A stretch of DNA of 59,738 nt, filler included, from Mitosporidium daphniae (lineage: Eukaryota): assembly GCF_000760515.2 (NCBI RefSeq). It is 2 parts of 2 records of this genome, joined end to end, with 100 filler letters (N's around TTAATTAATTAA, not from the genome) between each part and the next. Parts side by side here need not be neighbours in the genome. Positions count along the whole stretch, not along the records: positions 1 to 29,856 come from NW_013546223.1; 1 more part is not named here. One strand, 5' to 3'. Shown here piece after piece: positions 10,844 to 22,795 of this stretch (position 1 is the stretch's first letter; each line of letters begins with the position of its first letter). Below the pieces are notes generated by a model, which worked only from the letters and a program-made list of their open reading frames with translations, was not told the DNA's origin and ran no database searches. The translations under genes and the position numbers were made by a program.

Positions 10844-13816
10844 TCACTGGTCAAGTAGCAGAGCAGCAAGCTCTTCCTCATCGCCAACAATATCGGCGCC
10901 ATCGCCACTTTCTTCAATGGACGCATCTTCAGCCTGTTCTTCCAATTCTTGAAGCTGATGACGCGCCTCACCCTCGATGACGGCGCGCTGAATTGCATGC
11001 TTTCGCCTTGCTCGCTGCTGCACACGCTCTTCGATAGTGCCTGCTGTGATCAATCGGTACACAGTCACCTGCTTTGTCTGTCCTAGCCGATGCGCCCTCT
11101 ATGGGTTAAGTACAAGGCAAAAAAATTAACAAAGCAAGTCAAAAAAACAGCATAAAAAACGTACGTCCATCGCTTGTTGGTCAACAGTGGGATTCCAATC
11201 TGAATCGTAAAACACAACGGTGTCTGCGGCGGTCAAATTGATTCCAAGGCCGCCTGCTCGTGTTGAAAGAAGAAAGAGGAAAATGCTTGGATCCGTTTGA
11301 AAAGCATAAACCAGATCGCGGCGATCCTCAATGCGACAGGTGCCATCAAGGCGTACAAGTGAAAAAGAAAGAGAAGAGAGGATCTCCTCTGCAATGTCCA
11401 TCATACGTGTCATCTGGAAATAGACTAGTACACGGTGTCCTTCTGTCTTGAGACGGTTAAGCAGTGTTATCAAAGCAGCCAACTTACCGCTTGCTTCGAT
11501 ACGCTCGCCCACAGCCGGTAGTCGCGGCCCTAGCGGACAAGGTCCCGAAATTGACAAGCTGTTAGCGGTAGACCTTGCTTCATTAAATGGCAGAACAATT
11601 GTACTGCACGAAGTGGCAGTACGAAATGCAGACATTGCACTGTTGTGAGCGGGGTGTGAAGCACATAATCCCAAATGGCGGGGGCGAGGTTGCAAAAAGC
11701 CTCTGGCTGAGCCACTAATCGAAAGCGCTGGTAATGGTGCCACTGCTCCAACTACCCATGCAGGTCCGCTGCGTAAAAGCCTGGAACATATTAAAGAGTC
11801 CTCAAGAGCAGGAATCTTGAGCGTCTTCACAGGCGCAAGCCTACATGTCTCCAATGCCTTACTTGGTGGCGGTAAAAAGGCGCCAAATGTATCAATGCAG
11901 CTAGATAGCTTAGATGAATTGGATACATCGAGGAGAAGGCGGGGAACAACCACAGTAGCTGGAGCTGGGATAAGCAGCGGCGCCTGAACGATGGCAGGCA
12001 ATAGCAGCTCTGGATGGTTACATAGCTTACGTGCCTGCATGACGGCATTTTTGAGTAATGCTAGTTGGCGATGGCTCCGAGTTGTCATGGTGGCCCGGAG
12101 CTGCGCCATTAAAACCTTCTGTAGTGCTGAGGGTGGCACTACAAAATCAATTTCGATTTTGTCGACCAACTCCATCTCTACGTCACGCTTGAGCCGGCGC
12201 AACATGAATGGCCGCAAAATTGCATGCAGCCGGCGCAACTGGAATGCATCCCCAAAAGCAGCGGCGCCGGTGGCAGGCCTTGCACCCCTTGGCGGGTCTT
12301 GCTCGATCTCTTTGGAGAACCATGAAGCAAATTCTTCATGCGAGTCGAAGAGTCCAGGCATGATAAAGTGCAGGAGCGCCCATAGCTCAGCCATGGAGTT
12401 TTGAATTGGGGTTCCCGTTAATAAAAGACGGTTCCGCGCAGGCACATTCAGAAGCGTACGCCAACGCACGCTGCTCGAAGATTTGATTGCTTGAGCTTCA
12501 TCAAGAATCATATAGCGCCACGGAAGGCGGCTTAAAATTCGTTCATCTGAAACCACAATTTGGTACGACGTCACGACAACGTGAAATGCAGAAGCGTGAC
12601 CGCGGAGCAATGCCCTTCGATCGGGCCCCCAATACGGCAGTGCCACAAAAGAAGGCACGAAACGTGCCAGCTCGTCCATCCAATTGTGCAGCGTGGATGC
12701 TGGCGAAACCACAAGAAAGGGACCCTGGACTCCATGGCGCTCCACAAGATGAGCCAGCAATGCAATCGATTGTACGGTCTTTCCGAGCCCCATTTCATCT
12801 GCAAGGATTCCATTGATGCCTTGGTCATAAAGTGAGGCCAGCCAAGAAAGTCCACGCAACTGATATGGTTTGAGGGTACAGTGCAGCATTCCCGGTGCTG
12901 TGACCGCTGGCACGGAGGCGGCCACCATATTTGAGCCGGCTTCTGCATCTTCCTTAGTGAAAGTTGAGACCTCACATACAGGTGCTTGTATTGTGTCGTT
13001 GACGGGTATTTTTGCTGTATCGGTGGAAGACAATTCATTGGAGCCATTGGCCACATCGCCCGATGGTGCCAGCTTACGAGCCATAAAATGTGCATAAAGC
13101 TCCGTTTGATTGATCAAAAAGTCGAGTTTGCGTGCTTGCCGTCGTACTTCACGAGCCTCCTCTTCGGCGCGACGCTGTTCCGCGGCTTGCCGCTCCGCTC
13201 GTCGCCGCAGCTCTTTCTCTTCACGCTCATTTTTTCGCCAAAAAGTCAATACATCCCGCATTGCGCGGCGTTGAGTACCCAGCGGGTCTGAAATGGCCAG
13301 AGTTGCTATTTGCGTACGCCGCACCTCTCTCAAAGCAAGCGATGCTACTTTCCTGGCATTTCCTTGCATAATCATACTCGATTTGGCCATCAAAGAATAC
13401 TGGCTCTTGATGTTATGTACAATGGATGTCCAGATGGGGACGTTGGATGACATCGAGGTTTCTATTTTCTGCTTTTTTTCCAACAATTGATGCTGTTTTG
13501 CTATCTGGGCCGGTTCTTGCTTTCTGACCCGCTTGTTGCTCTTCTTTTCCCCCTTCTCCTGCATCTTCTTGAGTCGATGTAAAATAGATGCTGACATGGA
13601 CGGCGTCAGAGTGGCAGCGCAAGATGAAGAGGAGCCAGATACCGCTGCAATTCGAAGAGAGTGCTCCTCCATCACCATTGCCGCAAATTGTGCGTCATTT
13701 GGAAGGAGAACACGGTCGAGCCACGAGAACAAATCTGTGTATACCAAATTGGGGTCGTTGTAGAAGAGCTCCGATTTTTCCAGTTGATGAGAGATATGCT
13801 CCGGCGACGACGCCAT
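10844..13816 (-). CDS. INO80: Chromatin-remodelling ATPase INO80
   Basis: DBINO motif [22 protein letters not shown]2 motifs [12 protein letters not shown] and LDEAQAIK, split ATPase. A 66-nt intron at 11099-11164 gives DQQAMD/RAHRLGQ. Confidence 0.95.
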
Positions 13817-13942
13817 CAGCAGCCAAAATTAAATTGAATTAAACTTCATGCAACAATGTTGTAATAGTAAACTTGGAATGAATAAATAAATATGGTGGAA
13901 TAAAAGGTTAAATTCGGACACTTAATTTAAATTTGCATCTTT

Positions 13943-14122
13943 ATGGGCGAGCAGTGCATGCCTTGCGTGGTCACCTCTGTTGGTGCTTTTGGCGGCGCTG
14001 CAGTGTATTTTTGGACATTGCGACACGGAAAATTTGGCAGGATCCCCGCGCTTGCCATATCTGGATCGTTTGCTACTATTGCGCTTTGCCGCATCCGTAC
14101 CTTTCTCAAAAAAGAACCGTAA
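13943..14122 (+). CDS. Small DMAC1/TMEM261 (DUF4536)-like membrane protein, 59 aa
   Basis: Manual translation MGEQCMPCVVTSVGAFGGAAVYFWTLRHGKFGRIPALAISGSFATIALCRIRTFLKKEP: CxxC plus two Gly/Ala-rich TM segments. Preceded by TTAAATTT. Below the ORF-track size cutoff. Confidence 0.65.
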   Translation: MGEQCMPCVVTSVGAFGGAAVYFWTLRHGKFGRIPALAISGSFATIALCRIRTFLKKEP

Positions 14123-14164
14123 ATTTACAACTTGAGTTTTAAAGTTTAATAACCCTTTGGCCTA

Positions 14165-15097
14165 ATGAAACCTGATGACAAAAAAGAGACAGATGCAAAG
14201 TAAGTACATCAGTGGCTCAATAGAAGATTCGGGTCCATGGCCAAGCTTCTAGCCCGAGCGGAGGATGCAGAAAAACAGGAGGCCATTTCCCGCCAACGTG
14301 GCGAGACACTTTTCGTTGGTGGGGGTCAGGCTGTTCACGGTCGCAATTCCACTGATTTGCATGGAAACCCACTTTCAATGGTCTCCTCGTTGATCCAGCG
14401 GATATTTTCGTCAGATCATCGTGTCGCATCGCCAGTGCCGTCCACAAGCCCGCAACCGCGACTCGTGCTTTGGCGCGACGGCTGGCAGCTGCTCGTCTCG
14501 TCCGCACTGGATGACGAATTGCGTTCATACGAAGATCCGCTGCTCGAGCGTATTATGGAGGGTAAGGCGCCGTCTTCGATTCTTGGGATTTCTCACGGGG
14601 GTGAGATCGACATCCACATAGACACCAGCCGCATCAACGATGCATACGAGCCAGGCAGCCCTCCAGGCTCCTTTATATCTCTGCCGGACCATCCAGAGAG
14701 CTCTGCTTGCATCCAAGCCAGCGGTGTAAAGCTCGGAAGGTATAAAAATTTTCTAATTCAAGCCTTCGCCCGCCCACGGACCTGCCAATAGACTTAACAA
14801 CTGCTCCCGCCTCCGCCGAACCCACAGTCACGCCTATTGGTAGGGGCGATGGTTCCCTTGTTGTAATAGATGTGCTCGGGACGAGGTATGCAAGCTCTAT
14901 TTATTTTCAGACATGCTATTCCCTATGATGTCACATCAGCTACCATTGGCGACCTTCTTGCATATGTACGTCAGGAATTCGCCATTTCCGACCTCGCGCA
15001 CCGTGGCGTTTCTGGTCTTTTATCTCTTTCTGCCATGGAACACTCGAAGACAATTGATGCAGCAGGACTTTCTCGCACCATTCTCGTTGCTCTCTGA
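14165..15097 (+). CDS. SEP/UBX-type Cdc48 cofactor (Shp1/p47-like)
   Basis: LFVGGG, LVLWRDGW..DDELRSYEDP (SEP domain) and SHP-box-like ASGVKLG. Introns at 14200-14223, 14740-14762 and 14886-14910. Confidence 0.75.
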
Positions 15098-15180
15098 AAA
15101 AGTGCTAAATAAATTTACCACCCATGTGTGAGCAAACAAGTTGTCAGATTGGCAGGACTTTGGTAGCAAACCAAATATTC

Positions 15181-15594
15181 TTAACTACAGTCGGGTGGAA
15201 AAAGAATATTTGCAAGGGTGGCGATGTCACACGAATGAGCGGGCTCCTGCATGGAACCAAATCTGCATATTGCAAGGAGCGCGGCTAAAATATGGATACA
15301 AAAGAGACACTCGCTGAACCCTGCACATGTACAGAAGCGTGCGTATGGAAGTATGTGAATTGGCCCTTCGCTAGTGGCGAAAACTGCTACGGTTCCTGCA
15401 GGATAGAGAGAACAGTTCTTATCAGGCAGGGTTGGGGTATGGAAGGAAAGTCTTGTTTTGCGAGGCTGAAATTTTGCTCGCTGACGAAAGCCAAGGTCAA
15501 GAATGCAGAGTGCCGCATTGACAAAATCCTCGCCAAAGAGGGAAATCACACACACAAGCCAGCGATCGTGTACAAGGAGTTCATCCAATTGCAT
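15181..15594 (-). CDS. SWIM zinc-finger protein Sws1/ZSWIM7 (Shu complex)
   Basis: FCTCAGF...CIHILAALLA SWIM motif (CxC..CxH) in a 137-aa protein with LFG...AAL.ILD at the N-terminus. Confidence 0.75.
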   Translation of the reverse strand: MQLDELLVHDRWLVCVISLFGEDFVNAALCILDLGFRQRAKFQPRKTRLSFHTPTLPDKNCSLYPAGTVAVFATSEGPIHILPYARFCTCAGFSECLFCIHILAALLAICRFGSMQEPAHSCDIATLANILFPPDCS

Positions 15595-16550
15595 GCCACA
15601 GAAATTTTAGTCTTAAAAGCTAGCCTGCCCATCAAAATTAAACCCAATTTATTAGGGTTGGTAAAGTCTCCTTTTCCACGCAATTTATTTCCAACGGATG
15701 CAGTGGGATACAAAACAATTGTTTAGTGCAATCTCTGGAATGAAATTTAAGGGCTGAGTAGCACCGGCAGAGTTGGGAATATATACCGAGGTTGAGTAGA
15801 CGCCAAACAGGTAAAAAAGTTCCACTAGTAAAAATATCCGATAAATCATATGCCGCTATCTTTGTAAAAATGAGGATGCTTTATGTTCTTTTTGGCCATA
15901 AATACATATTTGATGCAAGAAAAAATTTGGCAAGAAAGCTAAGAAATATGGAAGCTACAAAGTGTTATCATACAATGTTGGGCTTAGAAATGTTGCTTCG
16001 CACATCGATATTACTTTTAAACGGCGACCGGCAAAAAAATCAAGGAAAGCGGAAAAAAGAGAGGAATAATGTCGATGGAGCAAATAAAATGCGTAAGTGT
16101 ACTGGAAAGCTGTATATGAATAGCAAATTCAAAGCAACAGATGGCTGTTTTGCATGTGTGCTTGTCGACGCGATTTATTGAAGCCAAAGTGTGCAAAGAT
16201 ACTCGATTACAGAGTTGTTCGTACCACTTTCAGAGATATTCTGATTCAAAGCGCTACTAGCTCGTTTTGAGGACAAATTGCTGGAAGGGGTGTGTGTTCT
16301 TTAGTCCCAGTTAAGCTCTGCTGGGGATAGCAAATCGACATCATTAATCAAGCAGCAAAATTGAGATTCGGTTTTGGTGCATGCAAATTTGTGGACCAAG
16401 TCAACGGGTAATTATGACACAGCAGTGGCACAAAAAAGAAAAAACATATCCATGACGTGCTTGGGCTTTATTCAACATATTACGTTGCGTTTGCGAGTTA
16501 TGCAAATGTTTGTTGTTCAAAAGCCGGCTAATAAGAGTTAATTTTTATTC

Positions 16551-18501
16551 ATGTCGTTACGGCAATTAAGAAAGCGATCGGACAGCCCGCAGGACCAGGA
16601 GCCATCGTCAGGTGAAGAATGTAATTACCAGGTGGCACGTGTCAACTTTTTTGCAGTTCTTGAGGTATCTTGTTATGCTGATGGCTAGGAGGAGCTCGAT
16701 GCATCCACGAACGACGAGACGCCAATTGTATTTCCAAAAAAGATAAAGAAAAAAAGTGGCGGCAAAAAGTCGCTGAAGCCATCAAAATCTAAGATATCCG
16801 CAGAAAGTTGTCCGATCTCCAAAGAGGCTCCTAATCCTTGTGAAACAGGCTCCGGTCAGCCGTTTATAGATAGAAAGGTCCTTACAATTGATCGGAAACT
16901 ACTTAACTATGAGAATGAAGAGCGCCGCAGATTCGGGACAGGCGTTCAAAGAACACACTCGAGTGCCCGAAGCGGTCGCAGTACTGGAATTCTCGTCCCA
17001 CCGCGGCCGCATTTTGAGCATCTATTGATTCGTGCAGGCTCAGCTCTTGATCTTGGCATCGTGGACGAGGATAATGATCATCAAAATGGTGCTTGTCTTC
17101 AGGAGGAAAACAAGCCAGAATCCTGTGATGTAAAAAGACATGCCTCTAAAGCGATGTGTGTGCGCATGGTTCATGGGCGGCGCGCTGTCGCTGCCGAATA
17201 TACCATGATTGAAGCAGCATCAAGTGGCCATCCAGAGGCACTTGCTGAGTGTCTGCACAAATGGCCCACACACCCGGGTACGCTCTTGTTACTTGCATTG
17301 AGTGAAAAACATGCGGGGCGGTTTGCCGAGGCCATGGCGCGAGTCGGTTTGTGATGGTTTGAACTCACTCCAGAGCTTGCATTGGCAGCGTTAGAACATG
17401 GTGCAGGCGCGCGTTTCCGTCCTGGAATCCATACGCTTTCATATTCCTATTACGAGAACCGCATCCTTTTTCTGTTGCTCTTTTTCTACGCAGAACTGAT
17501 CGGCCGTCGAGGTATGTCCAAAGCTCTTGATATTATTTTGCTTCATTTTGCCTCCAAACTTTCTTTCCTTTTTTATTTGAAACCTTAATCTTTTTCCTGC
17601 AGGATGCTGGCGGTCCGCGCTGGAAATTGGGCGGCTACTTGTTTCGTAAGATATTCCCACTAATTGTAGATTGGATTCTCCTCGTTGGCTCGATCCAATG
17701 GGTGCCGTCTTTTTGCTGGATTTTTTCGCGTTGCAAGAAAAGGAGTATCGCTGGATTTTGGAGGAACTTCCACAAATTTATACGTTAATTTGGGGACCAG
17801 AGTACACTGAGGTCGCTCGGTATGTCCCAAATATCTTCTTTTCTGAATCGCTTGCCTCGTTTCTTCTTCTTGAGGCTGTTGGGGAAAAGGAGAAAAAGGC
17901 TAAGACTATGTCAGCAGTCGAAGGGGACAACATTGCTGAAAATGATAGCAACCAGAGGGCGTCAAAATATGCAGAGACATCGGCCAGGTTGCAGGAAGCT
18001 ATTCGACGCTTTCCTGCGCTTGCACAGGCGCTTGCATTTGGAGAGGAAGCCGACACTAATCTTGGAGCGCTGGAAAAGCTTTATTTTGAACGGTGCTCAT
18101 CGCAATGGCGGATGCCAAATGTCGCCCAATGGCTTTACACAGCCATGACCGATGTTAACGATGGAGCCGCCAGTTTTGGATTAGGCGTTGGTGAGATGGG
18201 ACAAGCGTCACAGCAGATCGAAGCCTTGTCCTTGATGTCGCCCGAACAACAGTTGACCATCTGCCGACATGCATATCTTTCAGGTCTACCGCGGAAACAT
18301 TGGCCGCTTTCGGACTGGATGCGTAAAGCACAGCTGGACGAGACAATTTGGGCTTTTGATCCCCTCCCACCGCTTGACACTATCCATCCGACACCCGTCG
18401 ACACGTTCTTCAATGGCGAGGATGATCAAGAAGATGCAGACGAGCCCTCGTCTCTTTTCGCATGGTTCACATCCGCCCTGAGCAGCCTTAACCTCTACTA
18501 A
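16551..18501 (+). CDS. TCF25: TCF25/Rqc1 ribosome quality-control protein
   Basis: MSLRQLRK start, LNYENEERRRFG, LSYSYYENR, RRGCWRSALEIGRLL, DPMGAVFLLDFFAL and FDPLPP. Introns at about 16665-16688, 17347-17373, 17513-17601 and 17646-17669. Confidence 0.9.
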
Positions 18502-18916
18502 ACATAAACAGAACTGGTATAAGAATTGTTCGATACAATCTGAAAACGGCTTTTGGGAGCAATTTTAAACCGCCAGATGGCTAAAAGGGTCCCGTGCTAA
18601 ACGAAGATAATTCTGGTGTTTGTCTCGAGTTTTTGCATTCCCATTCTGCCACTTTCCTCTCAAAATTAGCACGCGTTGATATGCTACTCTTTTGAAGATT
18701 ACATTTGATTCTGTAAGCTGAAATCAACAATAGCGTCTTTAATTAAAGCCTTGGTTTGCGATAAATTTTCCGGGTTTTAGATAAAAAGCGGCTAGCTTAT
18801 GATGGCACGATTCTGGAGCTACTTTCAGCAATCGGATGGGAGTTAGGGTTGGGCCTTTGATGCCGACAACTTTAAAGCGATAAAAATTTGTACTTTTTTG
18901 ACTTTAATTTGGTGTG

Positions 18917-19399
18917 ATGGACCCTAGCGAACACGACTGGGCCCACCGTTCGCGTATGCTGTCCAACGTATGGAAAGACCTACTGATTGCATAGATTGGT
19001 TACAGAACTGGACGTCATGCGGGGTCGTCTATTCTAGACATTGACCAATTTCCAAATGCATACCAAGAAGGATATGCTTTCGGCTCGGCTGTTGGCTATT
19101 TTGTGACACTTTGTATGTTATTACGCCAAAAAGAAAGGTTTCAATGACAAAAATTTATATCCAATAGCACCATCAATGTTGCCGATGAGCTGCTTGCCGC
19201 TGCAAGCGGGGTATTTTCCGAGCAAGAGATTAGCGAAATCCTTGCTGTCAAATCAACAGGAACACCAATTCCACCATGGCCAGTGGGCGAAATCAACAAA
19301 GAGCAGAATGGACCTCCCGAAAAAAAAGACCAACTTGTCCGTATGCGATGTCTTAAAAAAGTTATCGATTCTGTACTTATGAAATGGCTTCAGAACTAG
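18917..19399 (+). CDS. YAE1: Yae1-like (deca-GX3) Fe-S delivery adaptor
   Basis: Spliced translation MDPSEHDWAHRSRMLSN/IGYRTGRHAG...AYQEGYAFGSAVGYFV.../TINVADELL...KWLQN*. Introns at 18968-18994 and 19138-19167 each remove an in-frame stop. Not in the ORF track. Confidence 0.7.
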
Positions 19400-21457
19400 C
19401 CATCGAGCTATTCAGCTTGTCAGTTCTAGTAGGCTGATTCAGCTGGGGGGCTTTGACAGCCTGTTGATGCCTCATCGATTCGGGTAGTGGAAACTGCTCC
19501 TCTTCTCCACGTCTTGGGCCAGTAGTGTAGAAAATTTTTGGACGAAAAGCAGCCTCCGCATTCATAATCCTACATGGGCAATCAGAAACGAACATCTTAC
19601 GACGAGTTTCGGAATTTCTTCACCAAGGCCTCTTTGCCCTGAACATTTGCATATGTAAGGTCAGATATCTTATTGGTGTTGAAATTATCCCAATGCATCC
19701 CTTTTACCCTGGCATGAAAAGAAACAATAAAGCTAAAATCAGGGCAAAGCCAAATTACCGTGGCTCGACAAAGTTAATAAAGGCATACCCGACATTGCAT
19801 CGATTTTTAAAGTCCATGCGCAAGTAGACAAAATCATACATCTGCATATGGGTTTCGTTGAGAAAGTCGATCAACATTCTTTGAGAAAATTTGTTTGGAA
19901 TGTTCCTGAACATGCATGTGGTTCGCATGTCCAAGCCAGCTTCAATCCGCCACGGGATGATGGCGTTTGGAACTTGCTTCCCTTTTGACACGACCGACAT
20001 TGGTGCCGGCGATGCGATCGGGGTAAGCAGCTGCGAGGCCAGCAACGATGACGAGGTAAATGCAGATGATGGGGGCGAGGAGAACGAATCTATGGACTGT
20101 AAAGTTGAAGGGAAATGATCGTCTAATAGTTTTGAAACCCAAGATTCGGACGATTCTTCCAGCTTAAGCTCATCGCCCTCCTCCTCTGACGAGGAAGGCA
20201 AAAACACCTCATGATGGTCAACTTGCAAATCACCATAAGCCAAGGAAGGTACGAATTTAGGGGGAAACACCGCATGAGGTATCGAACAAAAGGCTCTCAA
20301 GGCATTTTCATTTTGGTCCGGATCCCCCTCTCCCGCTCCATATGGCCTATTAAATCCAGCCAGAAAAGAGGACGATACATGAAGCAAAGGATATGAGACG
20401 TGCAGTTTGATTATTCCCCCCTATAAAGGATTTGAAAAATAAGTGCCTACATTGAACTCGAAGAAGAATTCGTTGAAAAAACACTTGAATTTTCTGGACG
20501 TCCGAAGTGAATTGAAGGACAGCCAGATTTCGTATCCAGTTGCATTGCAGACGATACTTTCAATTTGAAAGGCCCTATCCTGGTCCACAAGCAAGCTGAA
20601 ATCGCTCTTCCTAAAGTAGAAATCCATGAGGCGATAAAAGAAGGCCACAATGTCAAACGAGTGTGAATATTCCACGTGCAGTTTGACAACCTCCAATTTA
20701 ATTACACCGCAATTAGTAAACTGGTCATCAAAATCGTCGTTGGTATGATTGGTGTTGACCCGGAATTCTGGAATCAAGGTTTTGTTCATAAAAACAAGCT
20801 TGAAAAAGTACTACCATTAAAAAAATACAAACCTTGAAAAAAGTGCCGATGTCCAGCACGGAGAGCGAAAATGGAAAGTGATCATCGTCGGGTAGATGCA
20901 AGAACTGTTTGATCTTCTCAATGCTTACAAACTTGATAAGTATAAAGGAGGAGGTAAATATTGGAACAAAACAAACAGGGAACACCATGTACAGCGAAAT
21001 ATCGCTCTCATTCAGAGAAATTCTCTTTACAAATAAGAAAAATTGTTATTACTTGAAGGATGATCTCTTTGATGCCAATGTTTACGTTGATATAATCCGG
21101 GATTTTGACAACCAAAAACGGAGAAAGCAAATTGGAAATCAATTCGACGTCTTTTGAACCGCTCTCTTCTCTTGGATTGAAAAAGCGGGAATGCGAGGAA
21201 ATGTTGCGATTCTTTTTGAAGGGTGTAAAAAAAAACTGACAAATCCTGACACCTGATATTGCCGGATATATAAACGCCAAATTATTGGTGGAAAATTGTT
21301 CCCTTGCTTTCCAAAAGTGGTCACAGGCATTAAAGTTGCTACCCAAGCAAAGTGAAAACGCTTCAAAATAAAATATCCGGTCTGAAAGAAGCTCNAAAAG
21401 GATCTTTTCAGATTGAGAATCGTGCAGAGAGAATATTTTAAGGCAATCCACATCCAT
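19377..21457 (-). CDS. MEI2: Mei2-like RNA-binding protein (C-terminal RRM_2/RRM3)
   Basis: RTTCMFRNIPNK...YDFVYLRMDFKNRCNVGYAFINF...YANVQGKEALVKKFRNSSIM...RPKIF. Upstream ORFs join in frame via micro-introns at 21025-21052, ~20811-20832 and 20421-20450. The 5' extent is less certain than the RRM. Confidence 0.85.
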
Positions 21458-21710
21458 TTTGGCTGCAGTCTGAACGGCGGTTTTCTTTTTATAATTGCCC
21501 TCGAACTGGTAGCTTTGAAATTGGCATGATAAGGTTTGGATTGGAATTACTTTTACAACATTGGAATTATTTTAATTGCATTGATTTTTGTATTGGAATA
21601 TTAGCCTCAAAGCAAAGGTATTCAAAATTTATTACACCGAATGATAATTATGCCACAAAAATACTGTATTTTTTAAATTTTACTTATTTTACTTTTTTAA
21701 CTTATCCCTA

Positions 21711-22646
21711 ATGGTGAAGGATCGGCACTATTATGATTTACTCGGTGTTTCTCCAGAAGGATCTGCATCGGACATTCGCAAGGCATACTACTTGAAAGCA
21801 ATGAAATACCATCCAGATAAAAACAAAGATGATCCAACGGCAGAATCCAGATTTAAAGAAATATCGGAAGCATATCAAGTTCTATCAGATGCTACCCTCC
21901 GAGCAAGATACGACCAATTAGGCCCTGCATCAGCATGCCCAGAAGCAGGATTTATCTCTCCCGAGCAAATCTTTAAAATGTTATTTGGCGGAGACAGGTT
22001 CCATACGCTAATTGGTGACATTTCGCTGGGAAGGCTTCTTTCTGAGATGGCCACCAGCGATGATCAAAATTCGAATACAGAGGAGATTCGAGAAAAAATA
22101 ATTTCTGAAAAATCACAAAAAATACAAGAAGAAAGAATAGAAATGCTCTTATCAGCACTGATCTCAAAAACTTCTCTTCTTATCGACGGAGTGTATACAG
22201 AACAAGCCTTTACAGAGCTTCTCAAGGAGGAAGCGAAGGATCTTTCCAAGGAATCATATGGAGTCTCTTTACTCCGTTCAATTGGTTATGTTTACAGTAC
22301 GCGCGCTAGACTTTATCTTGGGAAATCCTCGTGGTTTGGGCTCCCTGGGCTTTTTATTTCCATTAAAGAAAAGGGACACATCATCGGATCGCTTGTTGAA
22401 ACCATTGGAGCGGTGCGGGAGGTCTCCAAGGAGCCGATCAAAGATTCGCCAGACTCCGAAGAAAAAATAAAAAGGGCCATGTGGAAAGCGACAAGCTTCG
22501 AAATTCAGGCAACACTACGCGAAGTGTGTGATCGATTCCTTCACCCGCAATCGGAGATGCCGCGAAGGGCAGCTGCAGAATTCTCTACCAGGCGGGCCCA
22601 AGTTCTCAAACTTATTGGCGATACATTCCGAATGGTTCATGAATAA
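21711..22646 (+). CDS. DnaJ protein with DnaJ-X domain (Djp1/Caj1 family)
   Basis: J-domain with HPDKN, FGGDRFHTLIG and ESYGVSLLRSIGYVY. Confidence 0.9.
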   Translation: MVKDRHYYDLLGVSPEGSASDIRKAYYLKAMKYHPDKNKDDPTAESRFKEISEAYQVLSDATLRARYDQLGPASACPEAGFISPEQIFKMLFGGDRFHTLIGDISLGRLLSEMATSDDQNSNTEEIREKIISEKSQKIQEERIEMLLSALISKTSLLIDGVYTEQAFTELLKEEAKDLSKESYGVSLLRSIGYVYSTRARLYLGKSSWFGLPGLFISIKEKGHIIGSLVETIGAVREVSKEPIKDSPDSEEKIKRAMWKATSFEIQATLREVCDRFLHPQSEMPRRAAAEFSTRRAQVLKLIGDTFRMVHE

Positions 22647-22795
22647 ACTTTGCCTGTAAACAACCAATCTCCCACATGCGCACCACTTTATAGCTCGATT
22701 TTTGAAGTTTTTAAGATTTATTTGTTGGTCTTTTAGAGCTTATATATTGAAATGGTCAAGAATAACACTTTGCTTATCTAAGAAGGCAGGAAAAA

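Noticed and set aside
11260..13842. Numerous antisense ORFs over INO80, PRP16 and NAB2
   Set aside because: Expected shadow ORFs in GC-richer coding DNA, with no recognisable motifs or start signals.
18968..18994. In-frame TAGs suggesting stop-codon reassignment or readthrough
   Set aside because: The TAGs coincide with 3' splice sites, and removing the whole intron matches homologous spacing. Long intronless ORFs use the standard code.
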